DNA from: Methanobacteriota archaeon
Lineage (GTDB): Archaea; Thermoplasmatota; Poseidoniia; Poseidoniales; Poseidoniaceae
NCBI GenBank assembly: GCA_018650165.1
Contig: JABIGM010000041.1
Span: forward strand, 22,229-86,228
Direction: 5' to 3'
Length of the DNA: 64,000 bases
Every line of letters starts with the position of its first letter. The stretch's first letter is position 1. Shown in pieces: positions 14,398-24,932 of the stretch. Under the pieces are notes generated by a model. That model saw only the letters and a program-made list of their open reading frames with translations, searched no databases and was not told the origin of the DNA. Made by a program: the position numbers and the translations under genes.

Positions 14398-16416
14398 ATG
14401 CGGAGGATTGTAGCATTAGCCTTCCTCTGCTTATTGTGCAGCCCGATTGTATCTGCAGCAATCGATTCCGAGACCGGAGGGGGGGAGCTTTGGTTTTCTT
14501 GTAATGATGTTAATGACTGTTCACTAACTGAATTTCATACTGGCGAAGAAAGTATTGGAGGAACAGTAAACTCAGCAACTCCATTTTCACCTGAGATTGT
14601 ATTTATTGAATTACCAATGCACCCCACTCAAGATGAAATCGCTTTAATCCCAGACCAAATAGATGAATTGCAAGTAGATTTACGTTACCAAGATGACATA
14701 GCAGGCTTATCTCGGCCCGATGTGAAGGTAACCATCATTATTGCACAGTCAACCACCGTGATAGAGTTTGAAGGTGATGATAATCCTATTAATGGTGCTT
14801 CAGAGCCACACTTTATAGAAAACGAACCACTTGATAATGGCGGTGATCGGCTTCTATGGCCAGAAGAAGAAATCAGAATTTTGTTAGAATTTGAAGTTGA
14901 TAGACCAGGAACTTGGCAACTGAATCTCCGTGGGGCTTCATACTTGCTACTGGATATCATTTGGTCCGAGGATGTTGATTCACGAAACATCGACGAACCA
15001 TCTTCTGATGGCTCACCACGCCCTACGGACTTGGAAACAAATCACCATGGTGCTTTAGTTGAAGATGATAGAGATTGCTGGGAGTTTGATGTAGATAACC
15101 ACGAATTGCTAAGAATCACATTTGTGTGGGAAGAAGTCCCTTCTGAAATCGAACAATCACATGGTCAACCAGATCTAATACTTCCCGACAGAAGGTTGGC
15201 ACCAACTCCTGAATTAGAAACCGAAGTAATCAATGGTGAGACACGGATGACTTGGCAATGGAGAGCTTTGCCTACAGGAGATTACAATTTGTGTATTGGC
15301 GGTAAACTAAATTCGTTCCAAGCTTATCAATGGGCTGGAATCATTGCCTTTGAAGGCATAGGTCCAACATCGCCTGAAGAATTTGATTATTCATCTTGGA
15401 AATGGGAAGGCCTTGGAATGAAGGCTGATGATTCTGGTGCGAAAGAACTCAATGCGGCATCTGGCTTGATGGTATTAGTTCTGTCATTGGCATTACTAGT
15501 TGGCTTTGCCATTGAAATAAAAGAAGATACAACTTCGAAAGCAATTCGTTTTGGTATATTTGTTCCAGGTGTACTTATCCTAATACTGGGTGGTCTTATA
15601 TCCCCATTATGGACGATTGCCGGTGAAATGAATTCATCAGATGACATGAGTCTCGATGATTTAATTGATACAAGACTGGATCAATTGTGGCATGCGTCTC
15701 ACCCCGGAACTCCTGCGTCTTCAAGAGCAATGCATGTTGGTGCAACCTTCGGAATGCTCGATGGTGAAACACTTTCCGTGCGCCTTGAAGCAGATGCTGC
15801 TTGGGCGCTCGATGATGGGAGATGGCAATTGCATATTCCCGAAATATATCAATTAAATTTGGAAAATCTAATTTTTGCAAAGGTGGCACAGAAGAGTAGT
15901 AGCCAGCCAATAGATGACATGTTAGATGCGCACTCACGAACTTTCATACTACTATCTGCACGTACACTGATGCTGGATTTATTGATGCTTGAAGCATTGT
16001 TAGTGGTAGATGAATTACCTCAATCAAATGTTATAAATTTCAATACTGAAATGGTTAAGTCCGGAAGTTTAGGTTTGGTCCAAGACCCTGCATGGGGAAC
16101 ACGTCCTGTGGATATACCAGAAGGAAGGTGGCGACTAATGCAAGATAATCTATATCCCAGTTTAATTTCTATTACAATGCTTGACGGAGTTAAAGATGAT
16201 TTAGATTTCAGAGTACAATTCGCCACCGATATAGATCATGACCTATTGTATTCTACCGATTCAGTAAACCCTTCCGCTCCATTATTGGAATCCCAATACA
16301 TTTGGGTTATTGGGGGAATAACACTCTCAATAATTGGTATTGGCCTAGAGAATAAAAGAAGACGTAACGCAAAACAAATGTTGGAACAGATGACCTCTGG
16401 AACTATTTGGAATTGA
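14398..16416 (+). CDS. Hypothetical secreted/multi-pass membrane protein with a PPC (pre-peptidase C-terminal)-like domain
   Basis: ATG 14398 gives the signal peptide MRRIVALAFLCLLCSPIVSA. The ORF opens at GTG 14368, overlapping the SprT-like stop as GTGA. PPC-like pattern DRDCWEFDVDNHELLRITF...GDYNLCIGG, two central TM helices and a C-terminal TM YIWVIGGITLSIIGIGL. Confidence 0.6.
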   Translation: MRRIVALAFLCLLCSPIVSAAIDSETGGGELWFSCNDVNDCSLTEFHTGEESIGGTVNSATPFSPEIVFIELPMHPTQDEIALIPDQIDELQVDLRYQDDIAGLSRPDVKVTIIIAQSTTVIEFEGDDNPINGASEPHFIENEPLDNGGDRLLWPEEEIRILLEFEVDRPGTWQLNLRGASYLLLDIIWSEDVDSRNIDEPSSDGSPRPTDLETNHHGALVEDDRDCWEFDVDNHELLRITFVWEEVPSEIEQSHGQPDLILPDRRLAPTPELETEVINGETRMTWQWRALPTGDYNLCIGGKLNSFQAYQWAGIIAFEGIGPTSPEEFDYSSWKWEGLGMKADDSGAKELNAASGLMVLVLSLALLVGFAIEIKEDTTSKAIRFGIFVPGVLILILGGLISPLWTIAGEMNSSDDMSLDDLIDTRLDQLWHASHPGTPASSRAMHVGATFGMLDGETLSVRLEADAAWALDDGRWQLHIPEIYQLNLENLIFAKVAQKSSSQPIDDMLDAHSRTFILLSARTLMLDLLMLEALLVVDELPQSNVINFNTEMVKSGSLGLVQDPAWGTRPVDIPEGRWRLMQDNLYPSLISITMLDGVKDDLDFRVQFATDIDHDLLYSTDSVNPSAPLLESQYIWVIGGITLSIIGIGLENKRRRNAKQMLEQMTSGTIWN

Positions 16417-17058
16417 TTATTCGTCAAGTGACTGCAGAATCTTCTCAACTTCCTCAGTAATCTTTCCACTATCGAGTGCCTTGGATAGCTTAGTGCGCTT
16501 AGCCTTGGAAAGATTCTTTGCAGCATCGTCTATCATAGCTCTCTCCTCATCGCTTACTACACCATCTGCAATTGCAGATTTAATAGCTGCACCAACCGCA
16601 ATTTTAGCCGCAGCCTCGTCACTTATTCCCAGTGCATCTTGGATAGTTTTCAATTCTGCTAACTCTTTGTCGGAAATTACTCCGTCGGAATAAGCATTTT
16701 CATATTCCTTTACGAGAAAATCAGCATATTGGCCCGGATTTAGAATAACATCACGAATCAATCCATAATCCACAGAGCCTTGGCGAGAACCCATCTCGAG
16801 AAGAACAATAGATTTGCGTACCTCTTTTATGGCCATGTCTTTTAATCCGTGAGATGCCCAAACCAAACCCGAAACAGCGACAGCAGCAGCGAACCATCTC
16901 ATAACATCAGGGTCAACTAAATTACCCGGAGATATCAGTTGAAATATTCCAATTACTGCCATTAATGAACCGCAAATGACTTCAAACCAATCATTCAAAT
17001 CAGGTTCATCTTCAAAGATTGAAAGTCTCTCATCGACTACACTATCATCGGGGCTCAT
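16417..17058 (-). CDS. Membrane protein with tandem TerB-like repeats
   Basis: Two N-terminal TM helices, then a repeated pattern: SDGVISDKELAELKTIQDALGISDEAAAKI and ADGVVSDEERAMIDDAAKNL. Called from pattern only. Confidence 0.4.
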   Translation of the reverse strand: MSPDDSVVDERLSIFEDEPDLNDWFEVICGSLMAVIGIFQLISPGNLVDPDVMRWFAAAVAVSGLVWASHGLKDMAIKEVRKSIVLLEMGSRQGSVDYGLIRDVILNPGQYADFLVKEYENAYSDGVISDKELAELKTIQDALGISDEAAAKIAVGAAIKSAIADGVVSDEERAMIDDAAKNLSKAKRTKLSKALDSGKITEEVEKILQSLDE

Positions 17059-17143
17059 GTTGTGCCCACATGACAGATAGGCCTTGAGGGTGTCGGCGAA
17101 TCAATCGCTTACCTTTTGGACTATTGACCACCACTCGTTTCTC

Positions 17144-19654
17144 ATGGGTGACCCTGAACGCGCAATTTCGCGACTCGGCCTTCCAGAGGATTTCGTAGAT
17201 TTCATTCAGAATGAATGGGGGATTTCTACTCTCCATCCACCACAAGCCCAGGCGATGCCTTCAATTCTTTCTGGACGCAATACCATGGTCTGTATTCCAA
17301 CGGCAAGCGGTAAAAGTTTGGTTGCTTTTATGGGATTGGTACATCAAATAAAAGTCGAAAAGATAGGCTCCCGTGGAATTTATATCGTTCCATTGAAGGC
17401 CCTTGCTAGCGAAAAACAGGATGAATTGAAACAAATGGGGGAGCACCTTGGTCTCAAAATAGGATTAGGAATCGGTGATGCTCCAAATGAGGCTAAGCAA
17501 ATAGACGATTGTGATATTCTGGTTTGTACTAGCGAGAAGTTAGACTCATTGATGCGTTCTAAGCCAGAGGTATTGCGGCGGGTTTCGATTGTAGTTGCAG
17601 ATGAATTCCACCTAGTGAATGACAGCCATAGAGGGCCTACAATGGAGATTAATCTGACACGTATTCGTCATACTTTACCAGATGCACAAATAATCACTCT
17701 ATCTGCGACCGTAGGTAACTCGCAAGACCTTGCAGACTGGTTGGATAGCGATTTAATAGTTTCAGAGTGGAGACCAGTTAGTCTTGAGTATGCAACACTT
17801 GCAGAATTAGATCTCGAACCGCGAGCAGTTCAGAAGAGCGAATTGTCATCAACCGGTAATCTAAACCCACCTCGAACCCTAACTGGCCCAAAGAGCCATG
17901 TTGCTTGGGCCGCATTGAGTGATGTACACCAACATGGAGGGCAATTGCTAGTATTTGTCGGAGCAAGGCGCTCTGCGCAATCGGAAGCCAAGAAATTGAG
18001 CCAACGGATGCACAAGTATCTCGCAAAAGAAAAGCCAGAAACGCTTGGTCCACTCAAAGAATTATCAGAGAAACTTTCGCGAACATCTAATTCCGCAATG
18101 GGGGATATTCTGGCGGAATGTGTTCAGGGCGGTGTTGCTTTTCACCATGCGGGGTTGATGCATACCCAGCGCCGGATTATTGAGAATGCATTCAAGGAGA
18201 GGATGCTCCACTGCCTTTGTGCAACACCAACTCTGGCAGCAGGCGTTAATCTTCCTGCAAGAAGAGTTCTGGTCAGGGATCTGAAAAGATACGAAGACGG
18301 AATGAGCCGATACTTACCTGTGATGGAAGTTAGGCAGATGCTTGGGCGTGCGGGAAGGCCACGCTATGATCCACTTGGTGAAGCGTGGCTTGCATGTAAG
18401 GGTGGAGACCCAAGAGAAGTTGCAGACACTGTCGCTGAGAGGTATATCCATGGTCCAGTGGAGGATATAACCTCGAAATTAGCGGCGGAGCCAGCTATGA
18501 GATTCCATTTACTATCGTCAATCGCAACAGGCGGATTAAATCTACGAAGGGAAATCGGTGATTTCTTTTCAAGCACCTTTTTGGGACATTCACAAACCCA
18601 TTCATATCTTCAAGATAACATAGATTCTATGCTTAGATGGCTAGTTGAGAAACGCTTCATCCGTAGAACAACAATCGGCTCAGTTAGTGAAGAATGGGAT
18701 GATGAAAAGCCATCATGGGTCGATGCAGCACAATCTGCATCGGGAGTCGACTTCACCTCGGGTAAGTCTAAAGAGCCAACAGAAGCCACATTTGGGTTTC
18801 AAAGAGCATCTCAAATAACTATTGAAAAGCCCACTACATTCAATGTTGAAGCATTGGATTCATCCTATGAAGCAACTCCGATGGGGGAGAGAATTGCACA
18901 ATTATACATTGATCCTCTTTCTGCAGACATCATCATAGATGGTTTGCGTCGTGCAGTCCGTAGAACAGTTAGACAAAGTTTACCCGTTACTGAATTCAGT
19001 CTTTGTCACTTAGTTGCAGCAACTCCAGATTTCCTTTCATTATGGCCAAAATCTAGCGAATTAGAATTTGGTAGCATGCTAAGACAAAAAGCAGCATTGG
19101 TAGAGGATGAATTACTGATTGAAAGCCCAATAGATGAAAGAGCAATGGGATTGGTAAAGAGTGCATGGTGTACTGAAATGTGGTGCGAAGAAGAAGACCT
19201 TCGCAATATTGAGAAAGAAATCGGGGTAACTCCCGGTGATGTACACTCACGAACAGATTTGATGGCTTGGCTTCTTCTTGCCGCAAGGGAAGTACTCCTC
19301 AGAGATGATGTATTTGCCGAGGAACATCTTGGTTATGTTACTGAACTTGCTGGAATGATAGAACTAGTGCGAGCAAGAGTTCGTGCTGGTTGTAAAGAAG
19401 ATCTGCTACAATTAGTACAGGTGAGAAATATTGGTCGTAACAGGGCACGGACATTATCCAAAATGGGTATTCGTACACCTGCAGACCTCTTAACAATGAG
19501 TCCAACCGAATTGGATGCACTCAAATCATTACGAGGATGGGGTCCGGTTTTGGTTGGAAGAATTATAGAATCAGTGAACCGAATTTCAATTCCAGTTACT
19601 GAAAGAAAATCACGAAGTGACGATGAACCATTACCGGGGGAGCGTCAGGATTGA
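17144..19654 (+). CDS. hel308: Hel308/Ski2-type DNA helicase
   Basis: PTASGKS (Walker A), ADEFHLV, LSATVGN and GRAGRPRYD. The C-terminal HhH-like region is GIRTPADLL. About 60 extra residues follow the winged-helix region. The probable start is ATG 17144; the ORF opens at TTG 17084. Confidence 0.9.
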   Translation: MGDPERAISRLGLPEDFVDFIQNEWGISTLHPPQAQAMPSILSGRNTMVCIPTASGKSLVAFMGLVHQIKVEKIGSRGIYIVPLKALASEKQDELKQMGEHLGLKIGLGIGDAPNEAKQIDDCDILVCTSEKLDSLMRSKPEVLRRVSIVVADEFHLVNDSHRGPTMEINLTRIRHTLPDAQIITLSATVGNSQDLADWLDSDLIVSEWRPVSLEYATLAELDLEPRAVQKSELSSTGNLNPPRTLTGPKSHVAWAALSDVHQHGGQLLVFVGARRSAQSEAKKLSQRMHKYLAKEKPETLGPLKELSEKLSRTSNSAMGDILAECVQGGVAFHHAGLMHTQRRIIENAFKERMLHCLCATPTLAAGVNLPARRVLVRDLKRYEDGMSRYLPVMEVRQMLGRAGRPRYDPLGEAWLACKGGDPREVADTVAERYIHGPVEDITSKLAAEPAMRFHLLSSIATGGLNLRREIGDFFSSTFLGHSQTHSYLQDNIDSMLRWLVEKRFIRRTTIGSVSEEWDDEKPSWVDAAQSASGVDFTSGKSKEPTEATFGFQRASQITIEKPTTFNVEALDSSYEATPMGERIAQLYIDPLSADIIIDGLRRAVRRTVRQSLPVTEFSLCHLVAATPDFLSLWPKSSELEFGSMLRQKAALVEDELLIESPIDERAMGLVKSAWCTEMWCEEEDLRNIEKEIGVTPGDVHSRTDLMAWLLLAAREVLLRDDVFAEEHLGYVTELAGMIELVRARVRAGCKEDLLQLVQVRNIGRNRARTLSKMGIRTPADLLTMSPTELDALKSLRGWGPVLVGRIIESVNRISIPVTERKSRSDDEPLPGERQD

Positions 19655-19750
19655 AACAGAAGAGGTTCTGGGAATGTTGTGGCCGTACCACCATTTCCTT
19701 GTCTCAGGGTTGCCTTAGCATCTCCTTGTACCGACCCAAGAGCACTAGTT

Positions 19751-20167
19751 ATGACTTGGCTAGACTCTAGGGAATCAGAAAACTGGGCATTGGTTAGTGG
19801 AACTTGTCTTGCTAGCGATATCCATGGATGGGTAGCGCACCAAGTTCTAATGAGAAACAAAGAAAGAGGCAATATGAAATCCAATTCTTTTGATGGAGAA
19901 TTTATGCGTTTACTCTCAGGGACACACCATGTAGCAGCTAGTTTCGACCGAGCCGGCCTTTGCAAAGGAGATACTACGGCGTGGATAGTCGACCTATCAT
20001 GCGAATCTAGTAGTGAAATGTATGTCGAGCATGCGAATAAAATGGGCTTTACAGTCTTAGAAGATAGGCCCTGTTTGGACATTTTTGATGCTCAAAGAAT
20101 TGGAATCGATGTTGGAGTTGATGAAAACGCAGCAATCGCCCATATTCACCTATCTGATTTACGCTAA
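19751..20167 (+). CDS. cgi121: Cgi121-like (KEOPS subunit) protein, divergent
   Basis: EFMRLLSGTHHVAASFDRAG ... AIAHIHLSDL matches the recalled archaeal Cgi121 core pattern (SG..QI..AI...G ... IAL.EL). It is 138 aa from ATG 19751. Assignment is from motif memory only. Confidence 0.45.
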   Translation: MTWLDSRESENWALVSGTCLASDIHGWVAHQVLMRNKERGNMKSNSFDGEFMRLLSGTHHVAASFDRAGLCKGDTTAWIVDLSCESSSEMYVEHANKMGFTVLEDRPCLDIFDAQRIGIDVGVDENAAIAHIHLSDLR

Positions 20168-20207
20168 TATTCGTAAGTGTCAAAGAGCCTCAGCATTACC
20201 ACAGTAC

Positions 20208-21647
20208 ATGGTAGTCACCAGCCCCCAAAACAATTCACCATTTTCAAGCGGCCGTTTGCTTGATGAGGACCGGATTACTAAGGCTCTAAACCTAGCCTCG
20301 AGTTTGGGTGCAACCTACTCTGAAATCAGGTTGGTCAGTGAAACTACTAACACCGCTTCACTGAAGGATGGTAAACTTGAGCGTGCTATTCCTGGTCAAG
20401 AGGTCGGAGTTACAATGAGAATTCTTGCAGATGGAGCCTGGGGCGTCCATTCTACAAGCGACATAGCCTCGATTGTTGACCAAGTAGAGTCCACTTTTCG
20501 TTTGGCTAAAGCGGTCGCTGCTAGGCGCGCCCCTTCACAAACGGTCGTTGAATTAGCGGAAGTTCCAATAATTGAAGATGAAATTCACTGGAAGAGTGTA
20601 AAAGATGTCAGAAAGACAGATCTCGACCAAAGAATTGAGATGATGTTAGCTATTGATAATGAAGCAAAAGACGATGAAAGAATTGTATCAACATCGACTG
20701 GTTGGTCCGATGAACATATTCACACAGAACTAATGACAAGTGAAGGAATGAATCGTGTTTGGTCATTCCAACGTAGTCTGATTAATGGCATGGTCACAGC
20801 AAGAGATGGCGATGACGTAGTGTCCTATAGAATGAGGCATGGAGGCGAAGGTGGTCTTGAGGTAATCGAGAAATGCGACCTTGGAGAAATGGGCCGTAAT
20901 GCAAAGATTTCTGCACTGCGTTTGCTAAGTGCAGAACGAGCACCCTCTGGTAGGATGCCACTGGTGGCAGATAGAGATTTGACTGGAGTATACATCCATG
21001 AGGCATTAGGTCATCCTTGCGAGGCAGATTTAGTTGCGGCAGGAGACTCTTGTCTCGAAGGGCGTCTTGGAGAAACAATTGGTTCTGAGATTTGTACCGT
21101 AATTGACGATCCAACTCTTAGGGGTGGCTATGGCTGTTATCCAATCGATGACGAAGGAGTAAATCCAAGGCCGAAGAACCTGATAGTAAATGGAGTTCTT
21201 ACCGAGTATCTCAACCACCGTGAAACGGCACACCGATATGACTTGGAGCCAAACGGAGGTGCACGTGCACAAGACGGTCTACACCACCCGCTTGTAAGAA
21301 TGTCAAATACAGTCATTCAAGGTGGTACTCACAAAGATTTAGATGACCTGATTGAAGATATTGATTTTGGAATATATGCATGCGGAAGCAGAGGCGGACA
21401 GGTGGATACAGGTAGAGGTTCATTCCAATTCGCCGCCCAAGAGGCATGGATTATCGAAAATGGTTCACTTTCTCGTCCAGTAAAGGATGTTAGTGTTTCA
21501 GGTATGACTCTACAAATACTCAAAGATGTGGATGGACTAACTCGTGATTCACATCTTGCAGCGCCTGGTTTCTGTGGGAAGGGGCAGACTGTTCCCGTTG
21601 GCGATGGTGGTCCCTTGATGAGAATCAAAGAAGCATTGGTGGGATGA
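20208..21647 (+). CDS. tldD: TldD-family metalloprotease
   Basis: HEALGHPCEAD (HExxxH) and the conserved C-terminal region GRGSFQF...PGFCGKGGQ-like. The probable start is ATG 20208, after the upstream gene ends at 20167. Confidence 0.9.
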   Translation: MVVTSPQNNSPFSSGRLLDEDRITKALNLASSLGATYSEIRLVSETTNTASLKDGKLERAIPGQEVGVTMRILADGAWGVHSTSDIASIVDQVESTFRLAKAVAARRAPSQTVVELAEVPIIEDEIHWKSVKDVRKTDLDQRIEMMLAIDNEAKDDERIVSTSTGWSDEHIHTELMTSEGMNRVWSFQRSLINGMVTARDGDDVVSYRMRHGGEGGLEVIEKCDLGEMGRNAKISALRLLSAERAPSGRMPLVADRDLTGVYIHEALGHPCEADLVAAGDSCLEGRLGETIGSEICTVIDDPTLRGGYGCYPIDDEGVNPRPKNLIVNGVLTEYLNHRETAHRYDLEPNGGARAQDGLHHPLVRMSNTVIQGGTHKDLDDLIEDIDFGIYACGSRGGQVDTGRGSFQFAAQEAWIIENGSLSRPVKDVSVSGMTLQILKDVDGLTRDSHLAAPGFCGKGQTVPVGDGGPLMRIKEALVG

Positions 21648-23050
21648 ATATGATTCCAGATGATGCAGTTGAGAGACTTTTAGAGTCAGCACATGCGATT
21701 GGTAAGGCCTGTGAACAAGCAGGTGTGCAGCAATGGGAAGTATTTGCTACACAAGAATATGGGCACTCACTTGAAATCGAAGCAGGCCGCATTTCAATGG
21801 CATCTGGTGGAGGCGAAGGTGGATTTGGAATAAGGGTCGTTGAAGATGGACGTTATGGATATGCACATCTTGTCGATCCAAATACAGCTGCAAGAGCAAT
21901 TAGGCAAGCCATTGGTATTGCAAAGTTATCACCTTCAATCGACGGGTTCGAATTACCTAGTAATCAGGATGCCAGTAAAGTTGGTGGGATGAAAGATAAA
22001 TCAATTTTAGACATGGGACCTGAAGATTTACTGGAGCAAGGTGATGACATACTTACTAAGGTCGCTGAACTAGATTCTAGGGCTGTTGCAGTCGGTGGTG
22101 GCGTAGGGGTTAGTGCCGGCGCAGGAGCGATTGTAACAAGTAGTGGAATTGAAGACGGAGGTATTCATACTGCGCATGGAGTAGGCGTCCATGTTTCAAT
22201 CGATGAAGATGAACATTTGACCTCTTCATATGAAGGGGAATCATCGAGATTTTTGCTCAAAGATTTGACAGCAAGCGTGGAAAAAGCGGTTCACTGGTCA
22301 CAAATTACGCGTAACAAAATCCCTGGTGGCGAGACTCAAGATTGCCCAGTATTGATGACTTCAGATGGTTTTTCACCATTATTCTCAGTTGTAGTTCCGG
22401 CAGCAATTAAAGGTGAAAGATTAGCAAGAGGAGAATCCTTTTGGTCCGGTAAAATGGATCAAATGGTAATGGCCAATCACCTCTCATTGATTGATGATGG
22501 CCTTATGGAAGGTGGAATGTCTTCTGGATCTAGAGATGGTGAAGGTGTGCCTAGCAGAACACAGACACTTGTGGATTCTGGTCGTTTAAGTGGTGAAATA
22601 TGGGCGACACGCGACGCTGCGAAACTTGTTGCAGAAGGTAAGGTTTCATCAGCAAAATCAACAGGGTCAGCAGCCCGTGGGGGGCATACATCACCTCCAC
22701 TTTGTGGCTGCAGTGACTTGATACTGTCATCATCAGACAAAACATTGTCACGCGACCGCCTGATAGAAGAAATGGAAACGGGATACATTGTCCACAGTGT
22801 TATGGGTGCGCACACAGCGAATCCAACCAGTGGAGACTTTTCAGTAACCACTTCCACAATATTACGAGTTGAAGCTGGTGAAATTATCGGCTCACTTTCC
22901 CAAGCAGGCCTTTCAGGCAATTTGGCTAAAGCACTAGCAGGGCGAGTTGTATTGGGAGAGTCTGCAAAACGCAAGGGTTCATACAGCACAGGCTCAATGC
23001 ATGTGACGGATGTACTATTGATGGACGGATTGAGAATAAATCCTGCTTGA
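21644..23050 (+). CDS. pmbA: PmbA/TldE-family protein (TldD partner)
   Basis: A TldD/PmbA-family paralog without HExxxH, as expected for PmbA. Its ATG overlaps the tldD stop (ATGA). Confidence 0.85.
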   Translation: MNMIPDDAVERLLESAHAIGKACEQAGVQQWEVFATQEYGHSLEIEAGRISMASGGGEGGFGIRVVEDGRYGYAHLVDPNTAARAIRQAIGIAKLSPSIDGFELPSNQDASKVGGMKDKSILDMGPEDLLEQGDDILTKVAELDSRAVAVGGGVGVSAGAGAIVTSSGIEDGGIHTAHGVGVHVSIDEDEHLTSSYEGESSRFLLKDLTASVEKAVHWSQITRNKIPGGETQDCPVLMTSDGFSPLFSVVVPAAIKGERLARGESFWSGKMDQMVMANHLSLIDDGLMEGGMSSGSRDGEGVPSRTQTLVDSGRLSGEIWATRDAAKLVAEGKVSSAKSTGSAARGGHTSPPLCGCSDLILSSSDKTLSRDRLIEEMETGYIVHSVMGAHTANPTSGDFSVTTSTILRVEAGEIIGSLSQAGLSGNLAKALAGRVVLGESAKRKGSYSTGSMHVTDVLLMDGLRINPA

Positions 23051-23231
23051 GGATAATACTTTCAGTTTCACTTAGAAACTGGCAGACATCTTCATGAACC
23101 GTCTCCAAATAACATCTAACTCCACGGAGGTGAAAGGTAGTGTCAACAAATCTCAACCAGCCAGCACGAAAGCCCGAACACCCGTCCTACGACGGGCCTG
23201 AATCAACAATTAGACCGTCGAGGTGTTCCTG

Positions 23232-24932
23232 ATGTCTGAGAACTATGAAGCCCATGTGGCAGAGGTCCTCAAGCAAGTACCAGAAGCCGATGCTGAAAAA
23301 GTAACGGAAGCCTTCGCTAGGTATGAGAAAGATTTCTTAATCCCACCCGAAGATGCAATACGCTCAGTACTACGGAGGTTTCAATCCGATACTGGAGTCC
23401 CTGCTACACAGTCTTCTCAAACAGGTTCTTCACAAAAAGAGAACATACCTACCAAGAAGGTGGATAAATTATCAGATCTCTCTTCAGATGACCGTAATGT
23501 CGAAATTGAAGTAGAAATTGTAACTCATAACCCAAGAACAACAATGGTTCGAGGAGAAGAAAAAATTGTCCCGTATGGACTTCTAGAAGACCAACCATGG
23601 TCGGAAGGAGGAAATAGAACAAGGTGGGAGTTCAAGGATTGGGGAAACAACCCTAACATCGCACCAGGTGCTGTTGTTCGACTGGAAGGCGTTTCAGTAA
23701 ACGAATACCAGGGGCGTATGAGCCTTAACATCAATCAATCGAGTCGAGTTGTAGTTTTACGTGAAGGTGAACGAACTGTTCTAACGCCGGGTGAACCTGT
23801 AGACATCAATCAAATCACTTCAGATGGCTTGGTCACAGTAGTCGGCAGATTACTAGCAAGTCGCAAAGATGTGATTAATCGTAAAGATGGCTCCGGCTCT
23901 CTAGACGTCGTAAGGGGCCGCATTGCCGATGGCACAGGAGCAATCGGTTTCCTATCATGGGAGCCCTTTGAACATGAAATCGGCTCTTTACTCAAGATGG
24001 AAAATGTGCAAATAAGAACATTCAGAGATACTCCTGAGCTCAACATCAGTTCATCAACAAGAATCGAGATATACCACGATTCGAATTTCGCTTCTGCAGA
24101 TGATTTGGCTGCGAACTCAGTCAGTCGAATCGAGGACTTAAAAGATGGTTCGCGTGATGTTGAAATCATTGTCGAAGTTCAAAAGATGCTGAAGCGCGAT
24201 TTCAATAGTAGCGAAGGCGAATCCAAGAGCGTTTGGTCTGGTGACGTAGCAGACCCTACTGGACGATGCCGATGTTCAATTTGGTCAGAGCCACCATTTG
24301 ATTTTGAATCCACACCAGTTGTAATACGCTTGCGCGGTGTAAGAGTACGGGCGTGGCAGGGCATTCCAGATATCACAATCGATAATGCATCTCAAATCGA
24401 GGTTTTGGCAGCACCACCTTGGGGCGATGAAATCGACCTAGCCAATAACTTGGTTGAAGTGCCACTGTCTGGTTTAGCAACAGGTGCGAGCCGAGTTGGA
24501 ATTTCTACTTCTGGGCATGTAATATCTGTCAGAGAAGATTCTGGAATAATCAGCCGCTGTACTGAATGCCGTCGAGTCTTAAGAGATGGAGAATGTGCAA
24601 CACATGGCTCACAAAATGGAAATTCAGATGTAAGGCTACGAATGGTATTGGATGATGGCAGATCTACAATTTCATTGATCGTTAACAAATCCGCATCAGA
24701 AAAATTACTTGGAATGGATGAAGATGCCATTTCCAAAGAAGTTACAGAAAACGGAACAATGGCATTTGTTCAAAGCCTTAGAGAACGTTTGCTTGGTCGA
24801 CAATTGAAAGCTTCTGGGCGAACAATTGTAGATGAGCAAGGAGCTATGCTACTATCAGATGATGCTGAATTAATAGAAGTAGATTCTGGTTTAGTTGCTA
24901 CTGAATTAAGATCCAAATGGGGGGTGGTTTGA
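23232..24932 (+). CDS. rpa: Replication protein A (multi-OB ssDNA-binding protein with zinc element)
   Basis: Several OB-like segments (for example VEIEVEIVTHNP..., VTVVGRLLAS...) and the zinc motif CTECRRVLRDGECATH (CX2CX8CX2H). SD GAGGTG lies 7 nt before the ATG. Confidence 0.8.
   Translation: MSENYEAHVAEVLKQVPEADAEKVTEAFARYEKDFLIPPEDAIRSVLRRFQSDTGVPATQSSQTGSSQKENIPTKKVDKLSDLSSDDRNVEIEVEIVTHNPRTTMVRGEEKIVPYGLLEDQPWSEGGNRTRWEFKDWGNNPNIAPGAVVRLEGVSVNEYQGRMSLNINQSSRVVVLREGERTVLTPGEPVDINQITSDGLVTVVGRLLASRKDVINRKDGSGSLDVVRGRIADGTGAIGFLSWEPFEHEIGSLLKMENVQIRTFRDTPELNISSSTRIEIYHDSNFASADDLAANSVSRIEDLKDGSRDVEIIVEVQKMLKRDFNSSEGESKSVWSGDVADPTGRCRCSIWSEPPFDFESTPVVIRLRGVRVRAWQGIPDITIDNASQIEVLAAPPWGDEIDLANNLVEVPLSGLATGASRVGISTSGHVISVREDSGIISRCTECRRVLRDGECATHGSQNGNSDVRLRMVLDDGRSTISLIVNKSASEKLLGMDEDAISKEVTENGTMAFVQSLRERLLGRQLKASGRTIVDEQGAMLLSDDAELIEVDSGLVATELRSKWGVV

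Noticed and set aside
17084-17143. A 20-aa N-terminal extension of Hel308 from TTG 17084
   Set aside because: Helicase homology begins right after ATG 17144 (MGDPERAISRLGLPEDF...). The extension has no counterpart in Hel308 proteins and would crowd the divergent promoter region.
19645-20082. A minus-strand 145-aa ORF as the gene in the Hel308-TldD gap
   Set aside because: The plus-strand ORF has a Cgi121-like motif pattern, fits the same-strand flow of the neighbours and ends just before the TldD start. The minus ORF has shadow-like composition.
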